The translations under genes and the position numbers were made by a program. Below, in pieces: positions 42,757-55,979 of a stretch of 64,000 nt of DNA (position 1 is its first letter; each line of letters begins with the position of its first letter). Below the pieces are notes generated by a model. The model ran no database searches and was not told the origin of the DNA. It saw only the letters and a program-made list of their open reading frames with translations. This stretch comes from an uncultured Collinsella sp. (GTDB lineage Bacteria; Actinomycetota; Coriobacteriia; Coriobacteriales; Coriobacteriaceae), in assembly GCA_905199545.1 (NCBI GenBank), contig CAJKGW010000001.1, positions 144,606 through 208,605 of the forward strand, given 5' to 3'.

Positions 42757-43582
42757 GCTCCTCTCCGGCGGCCGTGAGCTCTGCCATGGCCTGCTCAAAC
42801 TGTTCATCATTGGGGGCCTTGCCGTGCCAACCAACCTGGTTCTCCATAAAGGACACGCCCTTGCCCTTCAGGGTCTCGGCGATAATGGCGGTCGGCTGGC
42901 CCTTGGTGGCGCGAGCCTCGGCAAAGGCGGCGCGGATCTGATCGAAATCGTTGCCGTCGGCAAGCTCCACCACGTGGAACTTAAAGGCGCGGAACTTGTC
43001 GGCGAGCGGCATGGGGTCGTTGACCTCCTCGACGGGACCGTCGATCTGCAGGCCGTTGTGGTCGACGATCACACAGAGGTTATCGAGCTGCTGGTTGCCG
43101 GCAAACATGGCGGCCTCCCAGACCTGGCCCTCCTCGCTCTCGCCATCGCCCAGCAGGGCGTACGTGCGATAAGTATCGCCCCAGTGCTTGGCGGCAACGG
43201 CCATGCCCACGGCGGCGGAGATGCCCTGGCCGAGCGAACCGGTGGACATGTCAACGCCCGGAGTGTCGTTCATGTTGGGATGACCCTGCAGGTGGCTGCC
43301 GATGTGGCGCAGCGTCTCAAGATCCTCCTTGGGGAAGAACCCACGCTCGGCGAGCACAGCGTACAGACCAGGTGCACAGTGGCCCTTGGAAAGCACAAAG
43401 CGATCGCGGTCGGCCTTGCGGGGATGGGCCGGGTCGACGTTCATTTCCTCAAAGTACAGATAGGTCATGATGTCGGCAGCGCCGAGCGAACCGCCCGGAT
43501 GGCCGGACTTGGCAGCGTGCACGCCGGTGACGATGCCCTTCCTTACCTCGTTGGCAACCTTTTTGAGCTCTTCGTCGCTCAT
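42752..43582 (-). CDS. Transketolase, N-terminal (TPP-binding) subunit
   Basis: GHPGGSLG and GDGESEEG TPP-binding motifs. Confidence 0.9.
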   Translation of the reverse strand: MSDEELKKVANEVRKGIVTGVHAAKSGHPGGSLGAADIMTYLYFEEMNVDPAHPRKADRDRFVLSKGHCAPGLYAVLAERGFFPKEDLETLRHIGSHLQGHPNMNDTPGVDMSTGSLGQGISAAVGMAVAAKHWGDTYRTYALLGDGESEEGQVWEAAMFAGNQQLDNLCVIVDHNGLQIDGPVEEVNDPMPLADKFRAFKFHVVELADGNDFDQIRAAFAEARATKGQPTAIIAETLKGKGVSFMENQVGWHGKAPNDEQFEQAMAELTAAGEEL

Positions 43583-43789
43583 TGTGCCTTCCTTTCATCC
43601 TCATTAGACAAAATGCGCACGGCACCGAAGGTAATCCCAACACAGCCGCAATGCACGTACGTCATTCATTATGCTGGAAACTGATGGCTTTACCAGAGTT
43701 TTTATCATTATTTGAACAATTTAGCAGGCAGAACCGCTGATGAAACGGTTTATCAATGTGAACGTCTTTTGGATGGGACGCGGTCGGCC

Positions 43790-44680
43790 CTACGCGCTAA
43801 TGTCCTTGAATCCCTCGCCGAAAGCTTCCGTAACGTCGGCGACCGTCACAATGGCGTGAGGATCGCGCTCGCGCACGATCGTCTTGAGGGTATTGAGCTC
43901 TCGACGGTTCACGATGACCATGATCACCGGCTTCTCGGCACCCGAATACATGCCAGTCGCCTTAAACTTGGTACAACCACGACCCAGGCCATACATGATA
44001 TCGGCAGCGATATCAGGGAACTTGTCCGAGATGATGAGTACCATACGGCGTTTGTTGCCACCATCGACCACGGCATCGATCACGTAGCCGCTAATGACCA
44101 TCGAAAGGCCTGCATATAGTGCATTTTCGATTGAAAAGACCGGAGCCGACAGCGCGCATACGGCAACATCGATCGCCATGACGGTCGAGCCCACGGGCAG
44201 CGAGGTATTACGCGAGATGATTTGGCCAATCGTGTCCGAGCCGCCGGTGTTGGCGCCGGCGCGCAGCACCATGCCGTAACCGATGCCTGTAATAATGCCG
44301 CCCCACATGGCAGGGAGCATCAGGTCCGCATCCGCCAGAGGTGCTACAAACGGGGCGAACAGATCGGTAAAGAAGCCCAGCAGCACAAAGCCCGTCGCGG
44401 TCTGCACCACGTAGAACATGCCGCCCTCGCGCATAACGACCAGCAACAGCAAGGCGTTCATCACGATCGTCTGAATACCAACGGGAAGCGATATGCCGCG
44501 CGATGCGCCGACCGCCTGGATAATGGTGGCAAGGCCCGTAACACCACCGGCAGCAAGGCCGTTGGGAATCAAAAACAGGTCGGTCGCAATAGCGGCCAGA
44601 GCGCACCCCAACATAATCTGGGGCAGGTCGTGAAAGAAGTTCATCGATAGAATGCGCTTGATGTCCAGACGATATGCCAT
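43790..44680 (-). CDS. YitT-family (DUF161/DUF2179) membrane protein
   Basis: Multi-TM N-terminus with a C-terminal DUF2179-like domain. Confidence 0.7.
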   Translation of the reverse strand: MAYRLDIKRILSMNFFHDLPQIMLGCALAAIATDLFLIPNGLAAGGVTGLATIIQAVGASRGISLPVGIQTIVMNALLLLVVMREGGMFYVVQTATGFVLLGFFTDLFAPFVAPLADADLMLPAMWGGIITGIGYGMVLRAGANTGGSDTIGQIISRNTSLPVGSTVMAIDVAVCALSAPVFSIENALYAGLSMVISGYVIDAVVDGGNKRRMVLIISDKFPDIAADIMYGLGRGCTKFKATGMYSGAEKPVIMVIVNRRELNTLKTIVRERDPHAIVTVADVTEAFGEGFKDISA

Positions 44681-44846
44681 GCTACCTCCCTCAAAAAAGC
44701 GCACCCAAACGGATGCGCTTCGAACTTCTTGCTGTATTCGATTCTACCGATTCGCCGAACAAAAACCACCCCTGCGCAGGGTTTGCTTTGGATACAAAAC
44801 CACCCTGCTCGGAGGGTTTTATCCATTTCCACATAAACCGGGCGGT

Positions 44847-45994
44847 TTATGCAGATGGGATCTCCGCGTCAGCGTTGCCAGTGGCCCAGCGATGGTAGCC
44901 AATAACAAACGGGTCCAGGTCGCCATCGTCAAGAACGGCCTCGACATTGCTGGTCTCAACGCCCGTGCGTAGGTCCTTAACCATCTGATACGGGTAGAGC
45001 ACGTAGCTGCGGATCTGGTTGCCAAAACCAATCGTGGTTTTGGGTCCGCGAATCTCATCCAGGGCCTCGGCGCGCTTCTCGAGCTCAATCTCGTACAGGC
45101 GAGCCTTGAGGATCTGCATGCACGCGGCCTTGTTCTGGATCTGGCTGCGCTCGTTTTGGCAGGTGACCACAATGCCGCTGGGGAAATGCGTCACGCGCAC
45201 GGCGGAGTCGGTGGTGTTAACGCCCTGACCGCCCGGGCCGCTCGCGTGGTACACGTCCACGCGGATGTCATCGGGACTGATCTCGATGTCGATATCATCG
45301 GGTAGCACGGGGATGACCTCGACGCCGGCAAACGTGGTCTGGCGGCGCTTCTTGTCGTCGGTGGGGCTAATGCGAACCAAGCGGTGGACGCCGGCCTCGG
45401 CGCGCAGCATGCCAAATGCGTCCTTGCCCTCGACGGTAAAGGTCGCGCGGTCGATGCCGATGACCTCAGCAGCGGGGCAGTCGTTAATCGTGACCTTCCA
45501 GCCGCGACGCTGGCAGTACTTCATGTACATCTTAAAGAGCATGAAGGTCCAGTCCTGGGCCTCCAGACCACCCTGTCCGGGCTTGATGGTCACAATGGCA
45601 TCGCCGTGATCGAACTCACCGGTAAACCAGCTCGAAAGCTCAAACTCATCGATGGCACGGGCCAGGCGCTCAGCCGTGGCTGTAGCCTCCTCGCGAAGGG
45701 CGGCGGCATCGGGGTCATCCCCCATCTCCTCGGCAAGCTCCAGCGCGGCGCGGGCATCGGAAAGCTCGCCGCGCGCGTTGTCCACGGCAGCGATATCTTC
45801 CTTGGTGCGCGCGATTTCCTCCATGGTGGCACGGGCGGCGTCGGCGTCATCCCAAAAGCCGAGGGCCACGCTTTTGGCCTCGAGCTCGGTCACGCGCGTG
45901 CGCTTTTCGTCCAAGTGGAGATACGACTCGACCTCGCCGAGCCGGTCCGCAAACGCGTCCAGCTCGGCGGGCGTTACCTCTAAAGCCTCAGCCA

Positions 45995-45995
<1 letters not shown>
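44847..45995 (-). CDS. prfB: Peptide chain release factor 2, uninterrupted ORF
   Basis: GGQ motif and RF2-type domain 2 (VHRLVRISP-). There is no programmed frameshift. The tripeptide reads SPT rather than SPF. Confidence 0.85.
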
Positions 45996-48823
<2,828 letters not shown>

Positions 48824-48997
48824 CGCCCACGCCGTGCAGCTGCGGGCGAGTTAAACACAGATGATTGTACTTTAGCCAAACAAGGCGCGGCCTATACGGT
48901 CGAGCTCGACCGCCACGTAATAACTATGACCAACCTGCCGCAATGGAACGGGTTTATTTTGGCAGGTTTTATCTGAGCAAACGCCGTCTCTCTGCCA

Positions 48998-49030
48998 TTT
49001 GGTGCCACGGGGACAGGTTAGCTTGCACCA
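48998..49030. repeat. Family C motif copy (TTGGTGCCACGGGGACAGGTTAGCTTGCACCAA)
   Basis: Direct reading in the secA upstream region. Confidence 0.55.
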
Positions 49031-49034
49031 ATAA

Positions 49035-49075
49035 AAAGAAAAGGGCCGCGCACCCAAATGGATGCACGGCCCTCA
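49035..49075 (-). terminator. rpmE rho-independent terminator
   Basis: Minus strand GGGCCGTGCATCCATTTGGGTGCGCGGCCC followed by TTTTCTTTTTATT. Confidence 0.6.
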
Positions 49076-49109
49076 TGCCATGAATGCGAGTGATTCCGCG
49101 GCGAGCTAT

Positions 49110-49535
49110 TTACTCAGCAGCCTCGGTGGTCTCGGCCTCGGCAGCGGCCTCCTCGACGGGAGCCTCTGCGGGAGCCTCGGCGGCCTGCTTGGCAGCCTCC
49201 TCGGCAAACTTAGCAGCACGCTTGGCCTTCTCGGCAGCCTTAGCCTCAGCGGCGGCCTTGCGAGCGGCCTCGGCCTCAGCAGCCTTGGCGGCCTTGGCAG
49301 CCTTGGCCTCCTCAGCCTTCTTGAGCTGGGCGGCAGCGGCGCCACCGAACTTGTCGGCGAAGCGCTGGACGCGTCCACCGGTGTCGACGAACTTCTGCTG
49401 GCCGGTGTAGAACGGGTGGCACTCGTTGCAAAGCTCGACCTTCATCTCGGACACGGTAGCGTGCGTCTTGAAGGTGTTGCCGCAGGAGCACGTCACCGTG
49501 CACTCGACATACTGGGGATGGATACCCTGCTTCAT
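49110..49535 (-). CDS. rpmE: Ribosomal protein L31 (Zn-ribbon type) fused to a ~75-aa Ala/Lys/Glu-rich C-terminal tail
   Basis: [22 protein letters not shown]...[10 protein letters not shown] is a canonical L31. It is followed by [30 protein letters not shown] low-complexity sequence. Confidence 0.8.
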   Translation of the reverse strand: MKQGIHPQYVECTVTCSCGNTFKTHATVSEMKVELCNECHPFYTGQQKFVDTGGRVQRFADKFGGAAAAQLKKAEEAKAAKAAKAAEAEAARKAAAEAKAAEKAKRAAKFAEEAAKQAAEAPAEAPVEEAAAEAETTEAAE

Positions 49536-49722
49536 GGTAGGACTCCTTATTGGTCAGGCGCTGGTTACCGATCAGCGCATAAGGCGTCTTGGTTTCCGAC
49601 CAAGACAACAAACTCGGCTATGGTACCACGGCGCCGCATGTCCCACAAAAGGTTCACGGTCTTTTCGGCACGACACGAGCTGGCCCTTGAATATCAACTA
49701 TCATCCGAACACTCCCCCACAT

Positions 49723-51531
49723 TCATCCTTCGTATGTATCGAGGTATTCCTGCTTGAGCGTCTGCGAGGACGACTTGATCTTTTCCACGAGCGTGCCGGC
49801 CTCGATGAAGTAGAACGAGTCGGTGAGGTCTGCCAGGTCGTCGAGCAGATGGCTTGAAATGAGCACGCTGCGTCCCCGCGCCACCTCGCTGCGCATCGCG
49901 TCGCAGGAGGTTTTCCGTTTTCCCGGATCGAGGCCGTTCAGCGGTTCATCGAGGATGAGGTACGGGCAATCGGTCGCTATCGCCATGGCAAGCTTTACCT
50001 GCTGCTTCATTCCTGTCGAGAGTTTACGGGTCGGCTTGTCGAGATATGGGGAGATTCCGAGGGAGTCGCAGAGCGAGTCGATGTCGGCGGCCGATTTCCA
50101 CGCCTCCCTAACGAAAGCAAGGTGCTCGATGGCCGATAGCGTGGGATAGAGATCCGCGCTGCCCGAAGAGCTCAGGTAGACGAGTTCTGCAAATTCGGCT
50201 GATCGACGTTGGCAGATTCCGTCTGCCGCCAGGCTTCCCGAGCGGATGCGGGTGGGAAATTGGCCCGACAGCGCTTCAAGAAGGGTGGTTTTCCCCGAGC
50301 CGTTGGGAGCAACGAGGCCCGCCGCCGTTCCCGGGCTCAGGAAAAGCGACCCGATTGAAAGTATCGTCGTGCTTCCGTATCCCACGCTCACGTCCAGAAG
50401 CTCGAGCCCATGGCGCTTTTTCGCGGGTCCAGGCTGTTTGGGCGAACGTGTCGCAACGGCGCCGACCGCAAAAAGGACCGCGACGTATGCCAGGGCCACG
50501 GCAAGCATCGATGCGCTGCCTGAACCGGAGCCAATGAATTCTGTCGGGAAGCATCCTACGTAACCCGTTGCCTCGATAGGCGAGAACACGGCCAGCGGCA
50601 GGAGCCCGAGCACGGCATTATGCCCTAGTGCCGAATCGGACAGCAACGGGAATGCCGGGGCCGCGACAAGCAGCGCTGAGGTAAGGGGGCCCGCGAGGAC
50701 GCGCCTCGTTGCGGTCGATAGGACGGCGGAGCAAACGGATATCAAGGTTCCGCCCGCAAGCAGCGCGAGAAGCAGGGCTGTGAAGACGTTTCCCGCGGTC
50801 GTGGTGGTAAGCGCGCCGTCATGGAAGAAGGCGATCGGGTACCCAATTTGCCCGAAGCCGTTTAGGACCAAGGCGTAAATGCCCCCGGGTGCGAGGCCGG
50901 CGAGGAGCATCGCGGTCCCCGCGACGATTATCGAAAACACGATCTGGATAAGGCGCCGGAATTTGGGCGCGGGCGCCTTTGCCGCCAGGGTCGCAGGCCT
51001 TGTGGCGCCGAGCACGAGTATCGACGAGAGAAGGAAGGGGATGAAGGGAAGGAAAGACGGCGCCGTGGCAATGGCGTAAGGCAGGAAGGAAAGGAATGGC
51101 AGGTCGTTTGCGGAGGCCGGGATATCCGTGATGCCGGAGCTGCTCAGGGCACGGCAATATGCGAGCGCTGCGTCATTGGTCTCTCGGTCTCCCACGATGG
51201 ACCCGGATTGGAAGCCTTCGCCCATGAGCGCGTAGTAGCTCTCGGCAGAATCGAGAAAGGCGGCGTCGGTTTGAGCGGCAAGGGCGGCGTTCGCGTATCT
51301 TGCAAGCTCCGCGTCAGCTTGCTGCTCTGGCGATAGGTCTGTGCCGCTGGCCTGGGGCGCGCGCGTATTGAATGCGTCGACAAAGCCCTGCATGCCCTGC
51401 TTCATAAAGAAGGGCCCGTAGATGGGTGAATTGAACGCAATGGGGACGGAAAAGGCTGCAGCGAGAACGAGCGTACAAATCCATGCGGCCTTGTCTCTTA
51501 GGATCAGTTTGAGAAGAAGTCGACAGTACAT
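49723..51531 (-). CDS. Fused ABC-2-type permease (N-terminal) and ABC ATPase (C-terminal)
   Basis: N-terminal ~390 aa are multi-TM. The C-terminus carries Walker A GLVAPNGSGKTTL, the signature LSTGMKQQ and Walker B LILDEP. Confidence 0.75.
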   Translation of the reverse strand: MYCRLLLKLILRDKAAWICTLVLAAAFSVPIAFNSPIYGPFFMKQGMQGFVDAFNTRAPQASGTDLSPEQQADAELARYANAALAAQTDAAFLDSAESYYALMGEGFQSGSIVGDRETNDAALAYCRALSSSGITDIPASANDLPFLSFLPYAIATAPSFLPFIPFLLSSILVLGATRPATLAAKAPAPKFRRLIQIVFSIIVAGTAMLLAGLAPGGIYALVLNGFGQIGYPIAFFHDGALTTTTAGNVFTALLLALLAGGTLISVCSAVLSTATRRVLAGPLTSALLVAAPAFPLLSDSALGHNAVLGLLPLAVFSPIEATGYVGCFPTEFIGSGSGSASMLAVALAYVAVLFAVGAVATRSPKQPGPAKKRHGLELLDVSVGYGSTTILSIGSLFLSPGTAAGLVAPNGSGKTTLLEALSGQFPTRIRSGSLAADGICQRRSAEFAELVYLSSSGSADLYPTLSAIEHLAFVREAWKSAADIDSLCDSLGISPYLDKPTRKLSTGMKQQVKLAMAIATDCPYLILDEPLNGLDPGKRKTSCDAMRSEVARGRSVLISSHLLDDLADLTDSFYFIEAGTLVEKIKSSSQTLKQEYLDTYEG

Positions 51532-51684
51532 TCAGAAGCACCTACGTTCCTCAAAGAATCGTTAGATTAAAAGTAACAGACCGGATGAAGATACGTGCGA
51601 CGGGGGCGAGGCGAATGGCTGAGCGGTATCGATACGCGGGTTCAACGGTATCACATTGGCCACATAGATTTTTAACTTGCATTT

Positions 51685-52434
51685 CTACCCGCCCTTTTCG
51701 TAGAGTCGCCGATACGTGCTTAGCGCACCCTCGGCGCGTCCGGCAGGCTTTGCGAAATGGGATCCAGGAGACTTCGGCGCAGCATCATCTTGCGGAATGC
51801 TTCTAATGAGCCTCCCATCCTTCAAAAACAGAATCTCATCGCACAGCCTATCGACCGAATCCAAGATGTGGGATGACATGATGATGCACGTACCAGAATC
51901 GGCCAGCTTCCTGAGAATCTCGGAATGCAAGTCCACCCTGCTGGGGTCGAGCGCGTTCATGGGCTCATCTAATAGAAGGTACCGCGCGCCCGTCGCATAC
52001 GCAATCGCCAGGGTAAGCTGCTGCTTCATGCCCTGGCTCAGAGTGCGGATCCTCATCTTCGCGAACTCGCCTATCTGCGTTTGTTCCACTATCTCTTCGA
52101 TATCGCGAGCATGCGGCCACATATCGCAAACCATCTTGAGGTGATCTTCCGCACGCAATCCGGGATACAGCAGCGTCCCCTCACCAGGTGCATAGAAGAT
52201 CATAGAACGGACCTCTCTCGCACCCGTACCCTGCACCTCATCCAGAACGATGCTCCCGTCCACGCGAGGACCCGGCAAACCTGCCATCGCACGCAGCAAC
52301 GTCGTCTTTCCATGCCCGTTCGGAGCGACGAGACCGTAGACCGTACCCGGGGCAAACTCAGCGTTCACCGAATCTACGAGCACCTTCTTTCCATAAGAGA
52401 TCGTCAGCGTTTGAAGGTCAATCATCGAGATCAT
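51685..52434 (-). CDS. ABC transporter ATP-binding protein
   Basis: Walker A GLVAPNGHGKTTL, signature LSQGMKQQ, Walker B LLLDEP. The ATGA start overlaps the stop of the upstream permease. Confidence 0.85.
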   Translation of the reverse strand: MISMIDLQTLTISYGKKVLVDSVNAEFAPGTVYGLVAPNGHGKTTLLRAMAGLPGPRVDGSIVLDEVQGTGAREVRSMIFYAPGEGTLLYPGLRAEDHLKMVCDMWPHARDIEEIVEQTQIGEFAKMRIRTLSQGMKQQLTLAIAYATGARYLLLDEPMNALDPSRVDLHSEILRKLADSGTCIIMSSHILDSVDRLCDEILFLKDGRLIRSIPQDDAAPKSPGSHFAKPAGRAEGALSTYRRLYEKGG

Positions 52435-54653
52435 CCCCTTTCGATCTTTGGAACACTCAGGCGCACCATCAACGGAGATACGGCGCCCAAGACCACCAGC
52501 AGAGCGCCCGATGCGCCGACGACCTCTCCAAAAGGCATCGCGTTCGTCCCTCGCCCAAGGAACCCAATCGTCCCCACCTGGGAAGCGGGATCAAACGAGG
52601 CGAATGGAGCCAGCAGCGCGACGCCCATGCCCACGCTTTCAACATGAGCGCTCAACGAACCCAACACCAAGAGAACCGCGCAAACCATTCCGGTGACAAC
52701 GGAGTTGCGGCTAATCGCTGCTGTCAACGCAGCGACGACGGAAATCACGCCGTATGCCATGACCAGCAACGGAATACTGCACAACACCGCCTCCCCCACC
52801 GTGGACGTTGTCGAAGCTCCCGCCCGAATGAGAGCGACGGGATACTCCGATCCACCCGCACCGTTCTTAATCACGGACACAACGACAGCGGGAACCATCG
52901 ACACCAAAAGCAGCACCAAGCCAAGCAGGAGAGCCAGCGCAACAGCCGTCAGAAAACGCACATGCGCTGTTGCGGGGATCTGGAGAACCAGAAGGGAACG
53001 ACACTGCAGGTGGGTGCACGCGAGCGATGTGACAACCACGGGCAACAGCAAAAATAAGGAGGGAAGCGCTGCCTGGAGATACGAAAGGAGGATTAATGGG
53101 GGCATCTTCGTACTTAACTCGTAAACCTTGGGGTCCGGCAAGCTCGCGATCGACTCAAGCAGAAGGGCGCGCGCCTCCGCACGAGAAGGAGTCTCCGGCT
53201 CGATTCCGATCGATTGCAGGAGAGTCGCATCTGCCGCGCCCAGCTCACCTCGAGCGCGCTCGTACGTCGCAAGGCTTCGAAACCCCTCCGCAGGCATAGG
53301 CGCGTACACGAAACCCGAAAGAGCATCCCGCATGTCTTCCAGGGCCGCTTTGCCCTCGACGTCCATATTCGCAGCGTTCTGCTCTAGATACCGATCTATT
53401 GAACGGAGCTCTCCATCCCTATACCGAACAGCGGAAACGTTATCAGCGTCAGGAAACATCTCGACCAGAGCCGGGGCCAGCATCGTCGTCGACATTGCAA
53501 TCGCGCATACGGCGAGGGTAGGAGAACGCAGGAGCAGTTTCCCCATCGTTCTTACGTATGCAACGGCGAAGGCACAAGCGCTCGAACGAGTTGCCGTTCT
53601 CGATGCAGTGAAGGAACCTCTCTCAAGACAAATCGGGGATATCGGGCACGCGCAGCCGCTCTTTCCAGCAACGCAAAGCAGGCTAATTGCCAGCACCTCG
53701 ATCCCGATTGCGCATACGAGGGCAATCGCGCCACGCTCGAAGCAAAGTCCAGGCAGATTCACTATCTGCGTTGTCGGGTACGGGCTATAGGCGCCGACGG
53801 TCAACTCAGTGTTCGCATACGTAAGGGGATTCAACAGGGCGAACTCACGTAAAGCGATGGATCTTCCGTAATACCCGGGAACCATCGTCACCCCCATCAG
53901 GGCACATACGAACACGATTCCAAGCGTAGGGTTATTGGCAATCTTCACGGCAAGGTGAACGACAAGCGAGATGAACGCTGCCACCAAGAATTGCAAGATG
54001 GCCGTCTGCGCGAACACCAGCCAAGCCGGTTTGATAACCGGAGTCGCATATTGAATGTAGCCTATCGGATAGAACGGCGAGCCCGGGCCATTCTTCACAA
54101 GCGCGGCGATTATCCCTGGAAGATTGATGGCGAGGACGGCAAGCATTGCAAAAACACTCGCCCATACGCTCGATGCAACAAGTCTACCCAGCTCGCCCAT
54201 CGGTGCCTGGATGATGAGCTTTTCACGTTTGTTAAGACGCGCGGCAAGGAACGAGACGGCAACGGCCGTTGCGACCCATAGCAAGTACTCCTTCGATCCG
54301 TCATAATAGGTGTACTCTCCATCCGATATCTGCAGAAACGGAAGTAGGGGAGAGAGCGGTGCCAAGATAAGACGTCCCGCGGCAAGAGGGTACAGAAGCG
54401 CGGGCATGCTTGATGAAGAGGTACAGACACCGTCCTCCCCCGCATTCACAAGCGCATCCGCATAGGATGCTGACAATTCCTGCTCAACACGGGTTATTCC
54501 CGACTCGAGGTATTCGACCCGTCCGTCGATGCCAGCCGCGCTCCTGAAGACGGCCAGAGCACAAAGAACCATCAACGCAACAACGACAACACAGAGCGAC
54601 CTGGAGGAGAGAAGCGACCTAAAGATCGCCTTCGAGATTTTGAGCATATTCAT
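52431..54653 (-). CDS. Large polytopic permease with duplicated modules; presumed ABC-2 partner
   Basis: 741 aa with many TM segments and two large non-TM domains. Translationally coupled to the ATPase. Confidence 0.55.
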   Translation of the reverse strand: MNMLKISKAIFRSLLSSRSLCVVVVALMVLCALAVFRSAAGIDGRVEYLESGITRVEQELSASYADALVNAGEDGVCTSSSSMPALLYPLAAGRLILAPLSPLLPFLQISDGEYTYYDGSKEYLLWVATAVAVSFLAARLNKREKLIIQAPMGELGRLVASSVWASVFAMLAVLAINLPGIIAALVKNGPGSPFYPIGYIQYATPVIKPAWLVFAQTAILQFLVAAFISLVVHLAVKIANNPTLGIVFVCALMGVTMVPGYYGRSIALREFALLNPLTYANTELTVGAYSPYPTTQIVNLPGLCFERGAIALVCAIGIEVLAISLLCVAGKSGCACPISPICLERGSFTASRTATRSSACAFAVAYVRTMGKLLLRSPTLAVCAIAMSTTMLAPALVEMFPDADNVSAVRYRDGELRSIDRYLEQNAANMDVEGKAALEDMRDALSGFVYAPMPAEGFRSLATYERARGELGAADATLLQSIGIEPETPSRAEARALLLESIASLPDPKVYELSTKMPPLILLSYLQAALPSLFLLLPVVVTSLACTHLQCRSLLVLQIPATAHVRFLTAVALALLLGLVLLLVSMVPAVVVSVIKNGAGGSEYPVALIRAGASTTSTVGEAVLCSIPLLVMAYGVISVVAALTAAISRNSVVTGMVCAVLLVLGSLSAHVESVGMGVALLAPFASFDPASQVGTIGFLGRGTNAMPFGEVVGASGALLVVLGAVSPLMVRLSVPKIERG

Positions 54654-54719
54654 CGCCAACCTTAACCTCATCCAGTCGGAACAGAAGGGCCGAACAAAAT
54701 GCTCGGCCCTTCCTCGCAT

Positions 54720-55085
54720 CTAGTAGGTGCTATAGACAAATTGCCATTTATCAGTTGTGCCAAGAACACCACAGGAGCACATTGCAGCGAGGCGGGATTC
54801 CCTATGATGCGCGGATCGGCGATAGCCATTTCGGTAGGAAATCGTCTTGTAAGAGATGTTGAACATCGAGATGCTGTGCCCGCTTACGCCGCGAGGACAG
54901 CTGTAGCTCCAGTAGGTATCGACGACGTCGTCCGTATACCCGAGGGGCTCAACGAGGGCACACTGGCTGCTCTCATGGGAAGGAGGCATCGGGGTATCCG
55001 CAAAAGCGGGGGCTCCCGGCAGCAACAAACAAAGAGCGAGGCCGAGGAAAACCAAGAGCTTACACGACTTAACAGTACTGAACAT
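54720..55085 (-). CDS. Small secreted Cys-containing protein (signal peptide then ~95-aa mature part)
   Basis: MFSTVKSCKLLVFLGLALCLLLPGAPAFA|DTP... with an AxA cleavage site and 5 Cys in the mature part. GGAGAGGA SD. Local AT-richness. Confidence 0.5.
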   Translation of the reverse strand: MFSTVKSCKLLVFLGLALCLLLPGAPAFADTPMPPSHESSQCALVEPLGYTDDVVDTYWSYSCPRGVSGHSISMFNISYKTISYRNGYRRSAHHRESRLAAMCSCGVLGTTDKWQFVYSTY

Positions 55086-55205
55086 AATCCTCTCCAATCT
55101 AGAGGGGTTTCGGTTGCAGTATGCTGTGATTACTTGCCGGCAAAGTCAATTTAACATAAACTGTTAAAAAGTAACCTGAGTTTTTTAAATTCTTCGGAGG
55201 TTATT

Positions 55206-55718
55206 ATGAGTTCCGACAATCGCACTCCCCGGCTTCATTCCTTCCGCATCGCATGTGCGATAGCCTCTGCGACCCTTTGCGCCACCGCCATCGCACAAGT
55301 GGCGTTCTCCTTAAAGCCAGCAATCGAAGTGCTCGACAACCCTGTAATTGCAGACTCCCCCGCGTATCCAGCCCTTGCGATCTCGACATTGGTCCCTGCC
55401 GTCATCGGTATCGCTACGACCATCCTCAGCGCCGTTCTCGTGTGGACGATCAAGAGCGGAGACCCCTTCAAGAAAGGGTCTGCGACATGCTTGAAGGTGC
55501 TCGGCATTCTCTTCGTTGTTCAAGCTGCCACCAGCCTCTACGCCGGCTCACTCAAAACCTCCGTTTCGATGTTTGGCGGCGAGGGGGCCGTCGGCGCCCA
55601 AGAGATCGCTTCATCATTCGATTGGACCTCTCTGGTTCTCGGCATCGTCCTGTTCATGCTTTCCCAGCTCTTCTTGTACGCCCGAGAGCTGTACCTCGAC
55701 TCCGACGAGATTGCGTAA
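55206..55718 (+). CDS. DUF2975-family membrane protein
   Basis: ~170 aa with 4 TM segments, in the classic pairing with a YozG-like HTH downstream. GGAGG SD. Confidence 0.65.
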   Translation: MSSDNRTPRLHSFRIACAIASATLCATAIAQVAFSLKPAIEVLDNPVIADSPAYPALAISTLVPAVIGIATTILSAVLVWTIKSGDPFKKGSATCLKVLGILFVVQAATSLYAGSLKTSVSMFGGEGAVGAQEIASSFDWTSLVLGIVLFMLSQLFLYARELYLDSDEIA

Positions 55719-55727
55719 GGAAACGCC

Positions 55728-55979
55728 ATGCCCGTAATTGTTCGCCTCGACAAGATCATGGCCGAGCGAAAGATTTCCTCGAACGAACTTGCCGAAAGGA
55801 TTGGAACCACGCCCGTGAACCTGTCCCGTATTAAAAAAGGGCATATTCGCGGCATTCGCTTCAACACACTCGAGCAGCTATGCCTCGCCCTTCGTTGCCA
55901 ACCCGGAGACCTTCTCGAAGTCATGAGCGAAGAGGATGCCCGAAAGGAGTTCGGACTCGATTGGTCCGCCGAGGATTAG
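55728..55979 (+). CDS. YozG-like (COG3655) HTH transcriptional regulator
   Basis: IVRLDKIMAERKISSNELAERIGTTPVNLSRIKKGHIRGIRFNTLEQLCLALRCQPGDLLE matches the YozG consensus closely. Confidence 0.8.
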   Translation: MPVIVRLDKIMAERKISSNELAERIGTTPVNLSRIKKGHIRGIRFNTLEQLCLALRCQPGDLLEVMSEEDARKEFGLDWSAED

